Shown one piece after another: positions 37,954 through 48,248 of a stretch of DNA of 64,000 bases. The DNA is taken from positions 288,001 to 352,000 of the forward strand of contig CAWJCS010000001.1 of NCBI GenBank assembly GCA_963841435.1, written 5' to 3'. Numbering within the stretch: position 1 is the first letter of the stretch; the number at the start of each line of letters is the position of its first letter. This DNA is from an uncultured delta proteobacterium. GTDB lineage: Bacteria; Myxococcota_A; Polyangia; Polyangiales; Polyangiaceae. The position numbers and the translations under genes are program-made. The notes under the pieces are model-generated. The model did no database searches. It was given only the letters and a program-made list of their open reading frames with translations, and had not been told where the DNA came from.

Positions 37954-40900
37954 GGCCGCTTGGTGATGATGATCGTCGCGGCCATCTCGAGCTCGGGGTC
38001 CGCGCTCAATTTCGCCTCAGCCTCGTTCACGAGCTCGCTCAGTTTGCGCCGGATCTCCTCGCCACCCTTGACCTGGAGGCGTCGCTCGAACACCACCGTC
38101 GCCCCCGGGCGGCTCGTGTCAGGATGCAGCAGACGCTGGGCCTGTCGCGCGAGGTCTCGCACCCGTTCGACGAGGGCCACGTTGATTTCATCCTGACGCA
38201 GCGCTGCGTGGACGTGCTCGAGCAGCTCCTCGGCACCGGTGAGCTCATTCCGTCGAGCGCGAAGCTGCTCGAAAACCCCAAAAACAACGTCGTCGCGCAG
38301 AAGCTCGGTGACCTTTTGCGCTTCCCCTACGTGCCGACCGACGGCCAGACCGCTGGTCTTGGGCTCGTACCCAGCGAGCGTGCGCACCAGCTCGAGCCCG
38401 GTCTTTCCGCGCAACACGGTGCAGAGCTCATCAGCCGAGCGCGCGGTCTGCAGGCGATCGGTTTCGCCGGTGAGACCGACCTCCGTCGAGCGGCGAGCGA
38501 GGAGCGGCGGTAGGTCCGCGCAGGGTGTGGCGGCCGACTCCACCTTCGCGCCGAGCTGTGCCCGGAACCGGCCCAGGTTGTCGGGGCTCAAGAAGCGATT
38601 GGCGAAGGTGACGCCGAAGCATTGGGCGGCTTTCCCGAGCGCCCGCGTCCACTCTGCCTGGTCCGGCAGATCCGGTTTTTCGAGGACCGCGTCCGCGTGC
38701 AGCGGCGACTTCGGCTCATACGGCTTGCCGTGGAGCTCGAAAGTGCGGCGAGCCCAGAGTGCGTAGCACCGCACGACCAAGTCCTGCGCCTCGATCTGCA
38801 GGCCCATCTTGTGGCCCTCGTCGAGCCAGTGCCGAAGCTCCCCCACCGTCGGGCGTTCGACGCCCAGCTGCTGCCGCCGATTCTCGAGCGCCTGAAGGCG
38901 CTTGTCCTCCAAGAGCTGCACCGACGTCTCGGTCAGGCGGACGATGCCAAGCTCCCCGAGCGTCCCCAGCATCTCGCCGTGAAGCTCCCGGTCCGCAGGA
39001 ATCAGCTTGTTTTCAGCCGTCAGCAGTTCGCCGAACTTCTCGAGCAGCCTCCCGGTCCGCTGCGCCGAGAGCGCCTTGGTGAAGTGCGGGTGCCTCGGGT
39101 AACGCGCATCGAGCAATCCCGAGACGAGCACTTCTTTTGCGCTCGCCAGGTTCGGCGCCAGACCGATCGGCACCTCCGCACCCGGCGTGAGCACGTGCAG
39201 GTGCTGTTCGACGCGGTTCGAGCCGTCGATGTCCGCATCGACCGCTTGGCGAAGCCCGTACGCCTGCTCGAGCACCTCGTGCAGCCGGGCTTTCTTCTGG
39301 GCGCGCAGGTTGTCGAGATCCGAGAGCGCTCGACTCTGATCCTCGAGGCTCAGGTCCTTGACCGCCTCTCGCTGAATCGACTTGTCGCCCATAATGTGCT
39401 CGAGCACCACGAGCTCGCCGAGCAGCTGCTTCAGCGAAGCCGAGAAGAAGTGCGGGAGCCAAACGAGCGTCCAGGATTTGTCCGCCTCCTTGAATTGCTC
39501 GATGGCCCGAAGGTCGTCGGCGGGCCCCTTGCCGTCCTCGTCGAACGGATAGTCGATGACGAAGCGAAAATCGTGGTCCTCGCTGCAGCGGAGCATGGCC
39601 GGGCTCATCGTGCGGACGTTTCCGAAGAGCACGTGCCCGTGGCGTCGCGTCCCCCGCCATTCCACCTTCTCGTCACGCCCCGCCTCGCTCACCTTGTCCA
39701 TCCCCAGGGCCTCGAACAGGATCTCCCGCACCACGCGCTGCTGCGTGCCGAGATTGTCAACGCGCGAATAGCGCTCCAGGATGGGCTTGATGTCGACCCC
39801 CTCGAGCCGCACGTGCACCGCGGGGTCGGTCTCGCTGCCCACGTAGAGCTGGGCGATTGTCGTTGCGGACGCCCACTTCTTGAGCTGCTGCGCGACCTGC
39901 GCGGTTTCGGTGCCGGGAATGAGCACCTTGATCGTGCCGTGGTTCAGCTGAGCGAGCCGACTCGCCGTCAGGTCTTTCAGGGCCGGCACTTCGGGAACGA
40001 GGGCGGCGATCAGCAACGTTTTGATCAGCCGGTTGTCCTTCCGGCACAGCGCCTCGGGGCAGCCCGAGCATCCGAGCCGAGGCGGGTGACCAGGCCGCAA
40101 CCGCTGGCAGCGTTCCTTGCTATTCGTGCCGTTGGTTTCCTGGATCACGGGCAAGAACTGGTAGCGGTAGAGGTGCTTCGCCGAGTTGAACCGGCTTCGC
40201 ATCAGGCCGTCGGCAGGATCCTCGCCACCGGCCAGCACGTCGAACAGATCGCCCACCCGCACGACCTCCCCGATCTGGAGCTCGGGAATGTGCTCGACCA
40301 GGATCTCCATCAAGAGCTTGATCGCCGTGCGCTCGCGCTGAAGGGAGTTCGAAAGCGCGATGAGCGCGTCGACCAGCGCCGGGCTGAACGGGTAGAGCTT
40401 GCGAAAGGCAGCCGCGTCCTGCTGCCCCACGAGCGTGTTCCACGCTCCGCCAGCCGAGGCCCTCAGGCTCTCGAACGCCCGGTCGAGCGTGCCCTTGGAC
40501 GCTTCGTCCTTCGGCCGCAGGATCCGCTTCTCGACGATCTCCGGGAGATTCTGGTCGCCGAGCGTGATGGTCCCGTAGCGGCCCTCCCAGTGATTGAGCG
40601 AGTCATGCAGGCGCGCGTTCTCCGCGCCCGTGTGAAGCTTACCCACCATCTCGGCCAGGTCGCGCTGCCGCGCGATGAAGCTCACGATCGGGATCCGCCG
40701 GTCGCTCTCCTGCGCCTCGACGAGCTTGACCATCTTCTGCACTTCGTTGTGCAGCCAGGCCGAGTCGCTGGCCCGGTGAGAGAGCCAAAGGATGAGCTCG
40801 TCGAGAAACAGGACGACCCCGTCGTAACCGAGCTCGGCGGCATGGCGGGCCATGACGGCCAGTCCCGAGTCGAGGTCGACGTACGTCCGGGCCTCCGTCA

Positions 40901-41582
40901 CCGAGGCCTGGAACCAGCTCTTCGCGAGCGCGCTGAAGAGCTTTTCGCGCTCTTCGGGATCGGTGGAGGCGGTGGCCAGGTCAAAGCGTTCGCGGTCCCA
41001 GGCTTCGCCGAGCTTTCCCCAGCCCTTCTTCTGTGGGCCGCCCAGGGCGGCGAAGAACTTTTCGTCACCCAGGTTTTCGAGCAACCGCTGAGCGTCTTCG
41101 AAGATCTTTTCGTCGGCGAAGAGGCCGGGGATGGTGGCGTCAGGATGTTCCGCTTGGACGAACGCGACGTAGCTCGAGAAGATTTTCTCTTCGAGGCTGT
41201 GTGCGCCGATCATGTGGAAGCTGAGCTGGCAGAGTTTCTTCTTGCCGACGAACCCGAACTTCTGCCGCAGGGCGTGCAGTGCCGGGATGCGCCAGGCCGC
41301 TTCGTGCCCCTTGAGCAGGAGGCTCAGCATGGCCATGAAGTGGGATTTGCCGCTGCCGAAGCTGCCGTGGAGGTAGGTGGCTTTGCTCCGACCGTCGCGG
41401 AGGGCGCTGTTGACCAGCGACAAGCTCTGGTCGAAGGCGTCGGCGAGCGCTTCGGTGACGACGTAGGTCCCCGCGGTTTCGTCTGGGTGCTCGAGGCCCT
41501 CGGTCAGCTTGAGGACGAAGTCGCCTTCGTGGACCTGCTGCGGGAGGTCGAAGAGGTCGTGGACGCGGATCGGGTCGGTCAT
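37950..41582 (-). CDS. pglY: BREX-2 ATPase PglY
   Basis: GDFVLKL, YLHGSFGSGKSHFMA, LFLDELILWL, SFIARQRDL, YPFSPAL. Confidence 0.92.
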   Translation of the reverse strand: MTDPIRVHDLFDLPQQVHEGDFVLKLTEGLEHPDETAGTYVVTEALADAFDQSLSLVNSALRDGRSKATYLHGSFGSGKSHFMAMLSLLLKGHEAAWRIPALHALRQKFGFVGKKKLCQLSFHMIGAHSLEEKIFSSYVAFVQAEHPDATIPGLFADEKIFEDAQRLLENLGDEKFFAALGGPQKKGWGKLGEAWDRERFDLATASTDPEEREKLFSALAKSWFQASVTEARTYVDLDSGLAVMARHAAELGYDGVVLFLDELILWLSHRASDSAWLHNEVQKMVKLVEAQESDRRIPIVSFIARQRDLAEMVGKLHTGAENARLHDSLNHWEGRYGTITLGDQNLPEIVEKRILRPKDEASKGTLDRAFESLRASAGGAWNTLVGQQDAAAFRKLYPFSPALVDALIALSNSLQRERTAIKLLMEILVEHIPELQIGEVVRVGDLFDVLAGGEDPADGLMRSRFNSAKHLYRYQFLPVIQETNGTNSKERCQRLRPGHPPRLGCSGCPEALCRKDNRLIKTLLIAALVPEVPALKDLTASRLAQLNHGTIKVLIPGTETAQVAQQLKKWASATTIAQLYVGSETDPAVHVRLEGVDIKPILERYSRVDNLGTQQRVVREILFEALGMDKVSEAGRDEKVEWRGTRRHGHVLFGNVRTMSPAMLRCSEDHDFRFVIDYPFDEDGKGPADDLRAIEQFKEADKSWTLVWLPHFFSASLKQLLGELVVLEHIMGDKSIQREAVKDLSLEDQSRALSDLDNLRAQKKARLHEVLEQAYGLRQAVDADIDGSNRVEQHLHVLTPGAEVPIGLAPNLASAKEVLVSGLLDARYPRHPHFTKALSAQRTGRLLEKFGELLTAENKLIPADRELHGEMLGTLGELGIVRLTETSVQLLEDKRLQALENRRQQLGVERPTVGELRHWLDEGHKMGLQIEAQDLVVRCYALWARRTFELHGKPYEPKSPLHADAVLEKPDLPDQAEWTRALGKAAQCFGVTFANRFLSPDNLGRFRAQLGAKVESAATPCADLPPLLARRSTEVGLTGETDRLQTARSADELCTVLRGKTGLELVRTLAGYEPKTSGLAVGRHVGEAQKVTELLRDDVVFGVFEQLRARRNELTGAEELLEHVHAALRQDEINVALVERVRDLARQAQRLLHPDTSRPGATVVFERRLQVKGGEEIRRKLSELVNEAEAKLSADPELEMAATIIITKRP

Positions 41583-41713
41583 GGGCTAGGGAGCTCGCGG
41601 ATCGGTGATGTTAGCCATAGCTCGAGCCGGATTGCGCACCGCTTGGTGAGCTTGTTTTCTGCTGGTTTTGCCGGTCCCCGGTCATATTTGGCCATAATCC
41701 GGTTCATATTCTG

Positions 41714-43390
41714 TCATTCCTCGTTGGCTCGCGGCGGCCAGGCCGGACCCGCAATGTAATGGGCACCGCGCCGCTCTCCCCTGAGCTCGACCACCGACTG
41801 TGCGACCCAGGTCGATAGCTCTGCCTGCGCTTGGCGGCGGTTGACGCCGAACGCTTCCCGGTAGTCGGTGTTGGTGATCCGCCCCGCGGCATCCATCCGA
41901 CCGATCAGGCGCGCGAGCGCCGTGGATGGCGGCGAGGCGGATGCACCACCTCGCACGACCGTGTACTGCCGTCCGCGTGTCGCACCTTCTGCTTCGAGGA
42001 TCCCCTTCGCTTCCAACTCTTGCAGCTCCCGGTAGGCAACATCGCGATCGACTCGATTGAGCTCTTGGTAGTCGCCGCTCTGAAAGCTCGACCGGTCCAC
42101 GAATGCGACCAAGGCGCGCTTCTGGCGGACGCTTAGCGGCAGGCCCCTGACGCGGCTCGCCCAGTCTGGATCGCTCGTGCCGAAGATCGGCTCGTTACGC
42201 AACGTGACCACGACATCGCGCTCGCTGGCCTCGATTTGCGGCGCGGGCAACCAAGACAGCTCCATCTCCTCGATCATGCGAGGAATGCCTTCCCCTTGCT
42301 GTCGCATGATCCCAAGCTCCGTCAGGACGCGAGCAACCCGCGGGTTTCGGCTGGCATGGACGCGTCGGCGTTCGAGGAGGTCTTCGAGATGGACGTTCGG
42401 AAGCAGCCCTCCGGGGCTCTTGATCTCCATGCGGTCGTCGTAGAGCCAGACCTCCGCGCAGCGGCTCTCGATCGAATAGTCACGGTGGGCCAGCGCGTTC
42501 ACGAGCGCCTCTTGCCAGGCAAAGGGCGGATACTCCGGGGTCTCACGAAAGAAGAGATCATGAAGCCTACTCGACGCATGCACGAGCGAGGCAATGCGCT
42601 CCTGCGCCCGTTCGAGAACCGACAGGAGGTTGCCCTCGAGCCACGGAAAATCTTGAACGTTCCGAGACGTGCCGACAGTTTGCTCCGTCCCGTTCACCCG
42701 GAACACGCGAACGCCCGCGTTCGGATGTTCGATGGCCCGAGGGTTGGCGGCGAAGAGCCAGACAGCGCCCTGCCGCAGCACGAGGTCGTCGCCGCGCCGG
42801 TCGGCGAGTCGCCGTTCGACGAGGTAGTCACCCACGCTGCCCTCGTAGCCGGACGCTTGCATGGCGCGCTCGAGGGCCTGTGCCGATAGCTCGGCGAGCC
42901 CCGCGCCGGCGCTGCGGGCTTCGGGACTCGCGACAAGACCAGCGTCCTTCACCCGGTTGATCAGCTCTTCGGACGACTGGATGGTTTCGTCGCCCTCCCG
43001 GCGCGGGAAGCCGTCTCCCTGCACCATGACCGCTCGAGGCGCAGCGGCGACCTCGAAGACGATGAGCTTCAGGCCGTCGAGCTCGACGATACGCCCTGGG
43101 CGCAGTGCCGGGGCGAGTCGTGTCTCGGGAACACGCATGAGCGTGTCGAGGTCGCCGTCATCAGGGTAGGGGGAACCCGTTAGGCTGCCGTCATCCTCCA
43201 CGCCCAGCACGAGCGTGCCGCCGTCGGCATTGGCGAACGCAGCAACGCACTCCGCGGTTTGGTCGCGCACGGCCCTGCGGTCGCGCGACCGTTTCTTCCC
43301 GGGTGTACCCTCGAACAGCGATTTTCGCTCGAAGTACTGTCCCTCTTCGGACTGGAGCAGTCGCCGTAACGAGGCGTGGGGGTCGGTCAT
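41714..43390 (-). CDS. AlbA_2 (Schlafen-like) + HATPase_c_4 + wHTH protein, cargo in the BREX locus
   Basis: EEGQYFERKS, AFANADGGTLVLGVEDDG, EALVNALAHRDY, SPGGL, RNPRVA. Confidence 0.88.
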   Translation of the reverse strand: MTDPHASLRRLLQSEEGQYFERKSLFEGTPGKKRSRDRRAVRDQTAECVAAFANADGGTLVLGVEDDGSLTGSPYPDDGDLDTLMRVPETRLAPALRPGRIVELDGLKLIVFEVAAAPRAVMVQGDGFPRREGDETIQSSEELINRVKDAGLVASPEARSAGAGLAELSAQALERAMQASGYEGSVGDYLVERRLADRRGDDLVLRQGAVWLFAANPRAIEHPNAGVRVFRVNGTEQTVGTSRNVQDFPWLEGNLLSVLERAQERIASLVHASSRLHDLFFRETPEYPPFAWQEALVNALAHRDYSIESRCAEVWLYDDRMEIKSPGGLLPNVHLEDLLERRRVHASRNPRVARVLTELGIMRQQGEGIPRMIEEMELSWLPAPQIEASERDVVVTLRNEPIFGTSDPDWASRVRGLPLSVRQKRALVAFVDRSSFQSGDYQELNRVDRDVAYRELQELEAKGILEAEGATRGRQYTVVRGGASASPPSTALARLIGRMDAAGRITNTDYREAFGVNRRQAQAELSTWVAQSVVELRGERRGAHYIAGPAWPPRANEE

Positions 43391-43552
43391 TCAATTGGCC
43401 CCCTCGGCGGTCTTGTCTTTCTTCGGGCCTCTTCCCGAGAACTCTTCGAGGCTGTCTGCGCCGATCATGTGGAAGCTGCGCTGGCAGAGGTCGCCTTCTT
43501 GGACCTGCTCCGGGAGGTCGAAGAGGTCGCGGACTTTGGTGACTTCAGCCAT
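43391..43552 (-). pseudogene. 53-aa chimeric scar ORF: pglY start, pglY internal segment and pglX-like tail
   Basis: MAEVTKVRDLFDLPEQVQEGD|LCQRSFHMIGADSLEE|FSGRGPKKDKTAEGAN* versus PglY RVHDLFDLPQQVHEGD and LCQLSFHMIGAHSLEE. Confidence 0.85.
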
Positions 43553-44609
43553 GCGGCTCCGATCGGGAGGGTAGACGATAGCGGTAGGTCAGAGGAGTCA
43601 GGTCGCCCGAACGCACACGCCATTTCGGGTAGCGCTGGGCTTTCCCGCCACTGGCAAGACCCCGGGCCACTCGGATCGAGTGAACGACGAAGAGCTCGGT
43701 CCGAGGGGCGCGCCGCGCGTAGAAGTTCACTTCGCCCCGGGTTAGGAACACTTCGTTCGCTGAGCCGCGGGTCCCTTTGACCTCGATCGAGAGCTCTTCA
43801 CTCGGACGGGTGGGGCGGGCGCAGTGGAGGTCATACGGCTGGCCGGCTTCTCGCACGACGTAGCCGAGGCCCTCGTAGGCTCGGATTGCGACGGCGACGG
43901 CCCGCTTCTCGATGGCGCGTCGCGTTGCCGCGTCGGCGACGAATCCTTGCCGCGTCGCCAGCACGAGCTCGCTGGTTTCCTTCGCCGCGTCCGCGGTCTC
44001 CGCGTCAGGGTCTTTCAGGAGGGACCGGCCCTGGTACGCGTCGATGCGGGTGAGGATGTTCTGCATCCATGCGCTGCGCGGGTCGAAGTACCGGATTTTC
44101 GCCATGCCCATCCCGCCTTTCCCGCGCGGTACTTTCCATTCACGAGCGGCGGTGGGCAGGAGTACGGCGTCTCGCTCGGCGCACTCGCACGCGTAGGCCC
44201 AATCCTGGCGCTTCCGGGGTCGCTGCGGACGCTGGTACCTCGCATAGAGTCGCGCGTGCTGGTACCAGCCGACGACAACCTGACCGCCTCCGAGGTCGGG
44301 CGGGCGCCTGGCCATGAAGACGACGAGCACGTCGTCGAGGTGGTCGGCATCGCCGGCGTTTTCGTCCACACGGGAAAGGTTGCAGGCGATGTCGGGGCTG
44401 CTGGGTGCGAAGTAGCCGAAGAGGCGCTTTTCCAGTGCTCTGAAGTTGAAGCGCTCGTACACGGGGCCGCTCCCGCGTTGGACGTAGCTCATGGTGCTCT
44501 GCGGCACGTCAACGTTATCCGTCAGGCCGTACCATTGCATCCAGCTGATGCGTGCGATCAGCACGCGCCCGTCCGTGGCGGTACCCGGTCGCCCCTTGCG
44601 CGCGCCCAT
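43545..44609 (-). CDS. DUF3883 (NoV-C/PD-(D/E)xK) nuclease with N-terminal putative base-reader domain
   Basis: IEKRAV...PYDL...IEVKGT...VFLTRGE; N-terminal ARISWMQWY...VVVGWYQHARLY; ATG 2 nt after the pglX stop. Confidence 0.75.
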   Translation of the reverse strand: MGARKGRPGTATDGRVLIARISWMQWYGLTDNVDVPQSTMSYVQRGSGPVYERFNFRALEKRLFGYFAPSSPDIACNLSRVDENAGDADHLDDVLVVFMARRPPDLGGGQVVVGWYQHARLYARYQRPQRPRKRQDWAYACECAERDAVLLPTAAREWKVPRGKGGMGMAKIRYFDPRSAWMQNILTRIDAYQGRSLLKDPDAETADAAKETSELVLATRQGFVADAATRRAIEKRAVAVAIRAYEGLGYVVREAGQPYDLHCARPTRPSEELSIEVKGTRGSANEVFLTRGEVNFYARRAPRTELFVVHSIRVARGLASGGKAQRYPKWRVRSGDLTPLTYRYRLPSRSEPHG

Positions 44610-44611
44610 GA

Positions 44612-47600
44612 TCAGTCGCCCTCGTCGGTGGGCTTGTCCTGCTTGCGCTTTCGGTGCGGTGGGGCGCCAGGCTCTCAGGTCGTCGTGGGTCCAGCCGTAC
44701 TCGGAGCATTCGGCGTTGATGAACGCGTCGAACTGGTCGGAGGGGCGTTCGCCTCCCAACTCGGCGCTCGGGTCGTTGTGCCACTGCTTCAGCCAGGGCA
44801 GCAGCTCGAGGAGGCCCGCGAGCATCGGCATCAGGCGGTCTTTCGTCCAGCCTTCACGTCGTTTTCGATCTTGGTAAAGACCTGCGAGCGCGACGGCGCG
44901 TTGGAGGTGATCCCAGCCGGCCCAGCCGTAGACGGGCTCGTGATCCTCGTCGCTTTCGCAGCCGGGGTAGGAGATGAAGCGCTCTTTGGGGACGTCGAGT
45001 TTCCCGCGGAGTCGATAGTAGCCAGATTCGCGGAAGTCTCGTGGGTCATACTTGGGGGGTATCTGGTTCTCGTGGAGGGCGCCACCCCCATCTTCCCGGC
45101 GCTGGAGTGCCCATGCTTGCTCCCAATGAGCGTACTTCTCGAGGCCAGAGTCGCTGAATATCGGTAGACCGCCAGGAACGGGACCGCAGCCTTGTTCACG
45201 AGTTCGGGATAGCTGCTACCGCACTGGCTTTCTGCGAAGGTTACCGGCTCGGACGACAGGCCCAGTCGCGCGAGATCGAGGTGTTCGCTTCGGGCGCCGC
45301 GTTCGCGGGCCGCACGTTCTGCGACTTCCAGGATAGTCCGCGCGAGTGCATCTGAAGCAACGGTGGCTCGCCATGCACGCTTCCGGCAAGTTCCGGTCGG
45401 TATCGCGCCACAACCGTTTGAAGACGGGGGTCTCGATCAGCGCAAGCTCTGGGGAAGCGGTGTGGCCGCTCGCCGCGCAGCACTGAGTCGAGAGATTCGC
45501 TCATCCATACCACCGGACGCCGTATCAGCCTCTGCGGCATCCGACGACATAAGCGTGCCGTCTTGCCGCATTAGACTTGTCTCCATCCGGTCGGCGAAGG
45601 GACGTTGGCGCCGTGCCATCAAGCCATCGCGCACCAACTCCGGTTCGCTAATCACCGACCCGTCCACGAGTCCGAACAGGGAGTACACGACCCAGTCGAT
45701 CTCTTCCTGGAGAAAAACCAGTTGACGACGATACGAGTCCCATTGCAACCAGCACCCGCCCATCGCGAGCTTCGAGCGATTGAACGGAGGCACACGACGC
45801 GAGGACTGACTTGAGGTTGCTCCACTCGATCAACTGTGCGCGTTGAGCAGCCACCGCGCTCGACTTCCCGCGCCAGCGGCAGCAGCGCTCCCAAGTCTCC
45901 AGGAACTGGAAGGTTCCCGAGTGCGGTTCCTGCGAACTCATATGCAGCACGAGCAGGGTCCGGGTGGTTCCGGTTCGCAGAGGTGGAGCCTTTCGGCGTA
46001 AAGACCTGCTTCATCCAGAAGCACGCCGTCGAGCTGTTCAGGTAGGCGAGGAGCGCGAGGTGGTCCTCCTCGGTGGCGGTTTCGGGGAGCTTGATGATGG
46101 GGGCCGACTGCTTGAAGACCTTGCCGCCGCGGTCGAGGACGAAGTGGTTGTGGGTGGCGACGAAGGCGAAGGTGATTCGACCGTGGCCTTGGAAACGGTC
46201 CGGAAAGAACATTGAGCTGTACTCGAACCACTGTGAGGCCTCGATCTGCACGATGGTTTGCCATTCGTAGTCCTGGCGGTCGCGGAGCATGCGTTCGGTA
46301 GGGCCAATAGCCAACGGAGTCGTCATCTCGGGGCCGGCGCGACGGGTCGAGGCCGTCGGAGTGTCGTAGGGAAACAGCGCCGATTTGGTCGGCCGCAGTC
46401 GCCCAGTCCGCAGAACTCTCGCCCCGTGACCAGTCGGCGTAACTGCGCGTCTTGCAGCCTCGACACCGAATCGCGCAGCCGCAGCGCCGGGCACGAAGAA
46501 GCTTCGTCTTACCCGGTATGAGTTGAGCGCCCAATAGCACTCAACCAAGTTACCGAGCCTGGTCTCGGCGCGGTCCTCAAGTAGCTCCTTCAAGTCCCCC
46601 GCACCTCCACCGCCTAGACTCCACGGATGCTTGGTCGAGCTCCCTCGCTTGCGCGCGCGACGGAGATGTACTCGTTCTCGAACCCGACCTCGCCCCAATG
46701 CGTCCGCGATGCTCGACCAAACAAGCCCCATCTCTGCGTCGTCTGGCGTGCTCGGTTCCCCCCGATTCGCGAGCACCGCAAGCACTTCGCCCCCGTTGCG
46801 CTCTCCCGCGTCCCGAAGAGCAGGACCGTCGGTGTTCCGTGCCCGGGGATGTAGGCCCCGAAGTGTTCACGATCAGCTCCAGGTTTACGGTCGGCAGAGT
46901 ACTCCTCGAATTAGAGAGCTTCCCGAATTCACGCTTCATGAAGGAGTTGGCAGTAATCATGCCCACCGAAGCCGCCTTCACGTCCGAGTTGGAAGAACCT
47001 TTCCGTGAACGGTGCCGCGAGCGAATAGCTGCGTCGAACGCTGACGTGTACATGGCCTCGATACCGTTCCCTCAGCACCGCATCCTTCACCGTGATGTAC
47101 GGCGGATTCCCCACCACCGCCGCGTACTGCTTGAACAGCACATCCCGCGCCGCCTTCGGATCCTCCAGCGCAAAATGCGCCCCCTCCCACGCTGCCGGAT
47201 CCGTCCCCTCCACCAGCGCCAGCTGCCCGATCTGCGGATTGTAGAGCAGTGAATCCGCCACCGCGAGATGCAGCGGCAACCGCGGCGCATCCTTCAACCG
47301 CCCGATCCCACACTTTTCCACGAACGCCAGCGTCAAGCGGAACCGAGCAATCGCGATCGCGTACGGATTGATATCCGCGCCCGCGATCGCATCCAGCGCC
47401 TTCGTCGCCGCTTCCCGCGCGGAAAGCCCGGGCTCTGCCTGCAGCCGCCGATCGAACAAACGCTCGAACGCCCCCAACAAGAAATGCCCGCTCCCGCAGG
47501 TCGGATCGATCAGCGTCGCCTCATCCAACCCGAAACGCTCGACGGCCGGATCCAACGTTCGGTCCAAAATGAACCGCTCCACGAAGCGCGGCGTCTGAAG

Positions 47601-48239
47601 CAGCGCGAACCGCTTGCGCACGTCCTCGCTCAGATCCTGATACAGGTCCCCCAAAAACCTGCGTGTCTTCGCCGCCGAAGCGAAACGCTGGCGCCTCCAC
47701 GCTCGGGCTCCGGAACAGCTCCAGCAACTTGCGCGCCCCCTCCGCCGAGGGCGCCAGCAGCCAAACCGGATTGTGCCGCGCATCGAACAAATCGGCGGCA
47801 GCCGGAAACCGTGACAGCTCCCGGAACACCGTCAGCAAGTACTCGCGCTCCGAAAGCGAGGGCGCGAACTGCAAGAACGCCTTCCAACTATCCTCAGCGC
47901 CCGTACCGGCAATCCGATTGCGCCCGAGCAGGCCTCGGTCCTCCAGCGTCCGCACGAACACACAGGAAAGGAGCCAGGCGGCAGCCACCTGCTCCACGAA
48001 AGCGCGCCGCCACTCCGGGTACCCGTCCGCCGTGCGCTTCGCCTCGTGCTCCTTCGCGTGCCGCGCCTTCAGCGCTTCGGTCACGGCGGGTGAAGCGTCC
48101 GCGCGCGACAGAAGATCCGCCGCGAGATCCTTCAGGAGCGGCTTGGCCAGCGCCAGCAGCGCGTCCCCCGCGAGTGGCGCCCGCGGATCCTCCTGACCTA
48201 CCAGTGCCGTCGCCTTCGCTTTCTTGCGTCGTGCCGCCA
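44612..48239 (-). pseudogene. pglX: BREX-2 adenine methyltransferase PglX, broken by many indels as assembled
   Basis: Motifs in shifting frames: FLGDLYQDLSE, DPTCGSGHF, VGNPPY, ITANSFMKREFG, FVATHNHFVLDRGGKVF, LQEEIDW, RGKLDVPKERF, LLELLPWLKQWH. Confidence 0.9.
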
Positions 48240-48248
48240 TCTAACCTC

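Noticed and set aside
43545-44831. 428-aa ORF suggesting a PglX-DUF3883 fusion
   Set aside because: It is best explained by an indel near 44650. The natural pglX tail (KRKQDKPTDEGD*) stops at 44612 and the nuclease has its own ATG at 44609.
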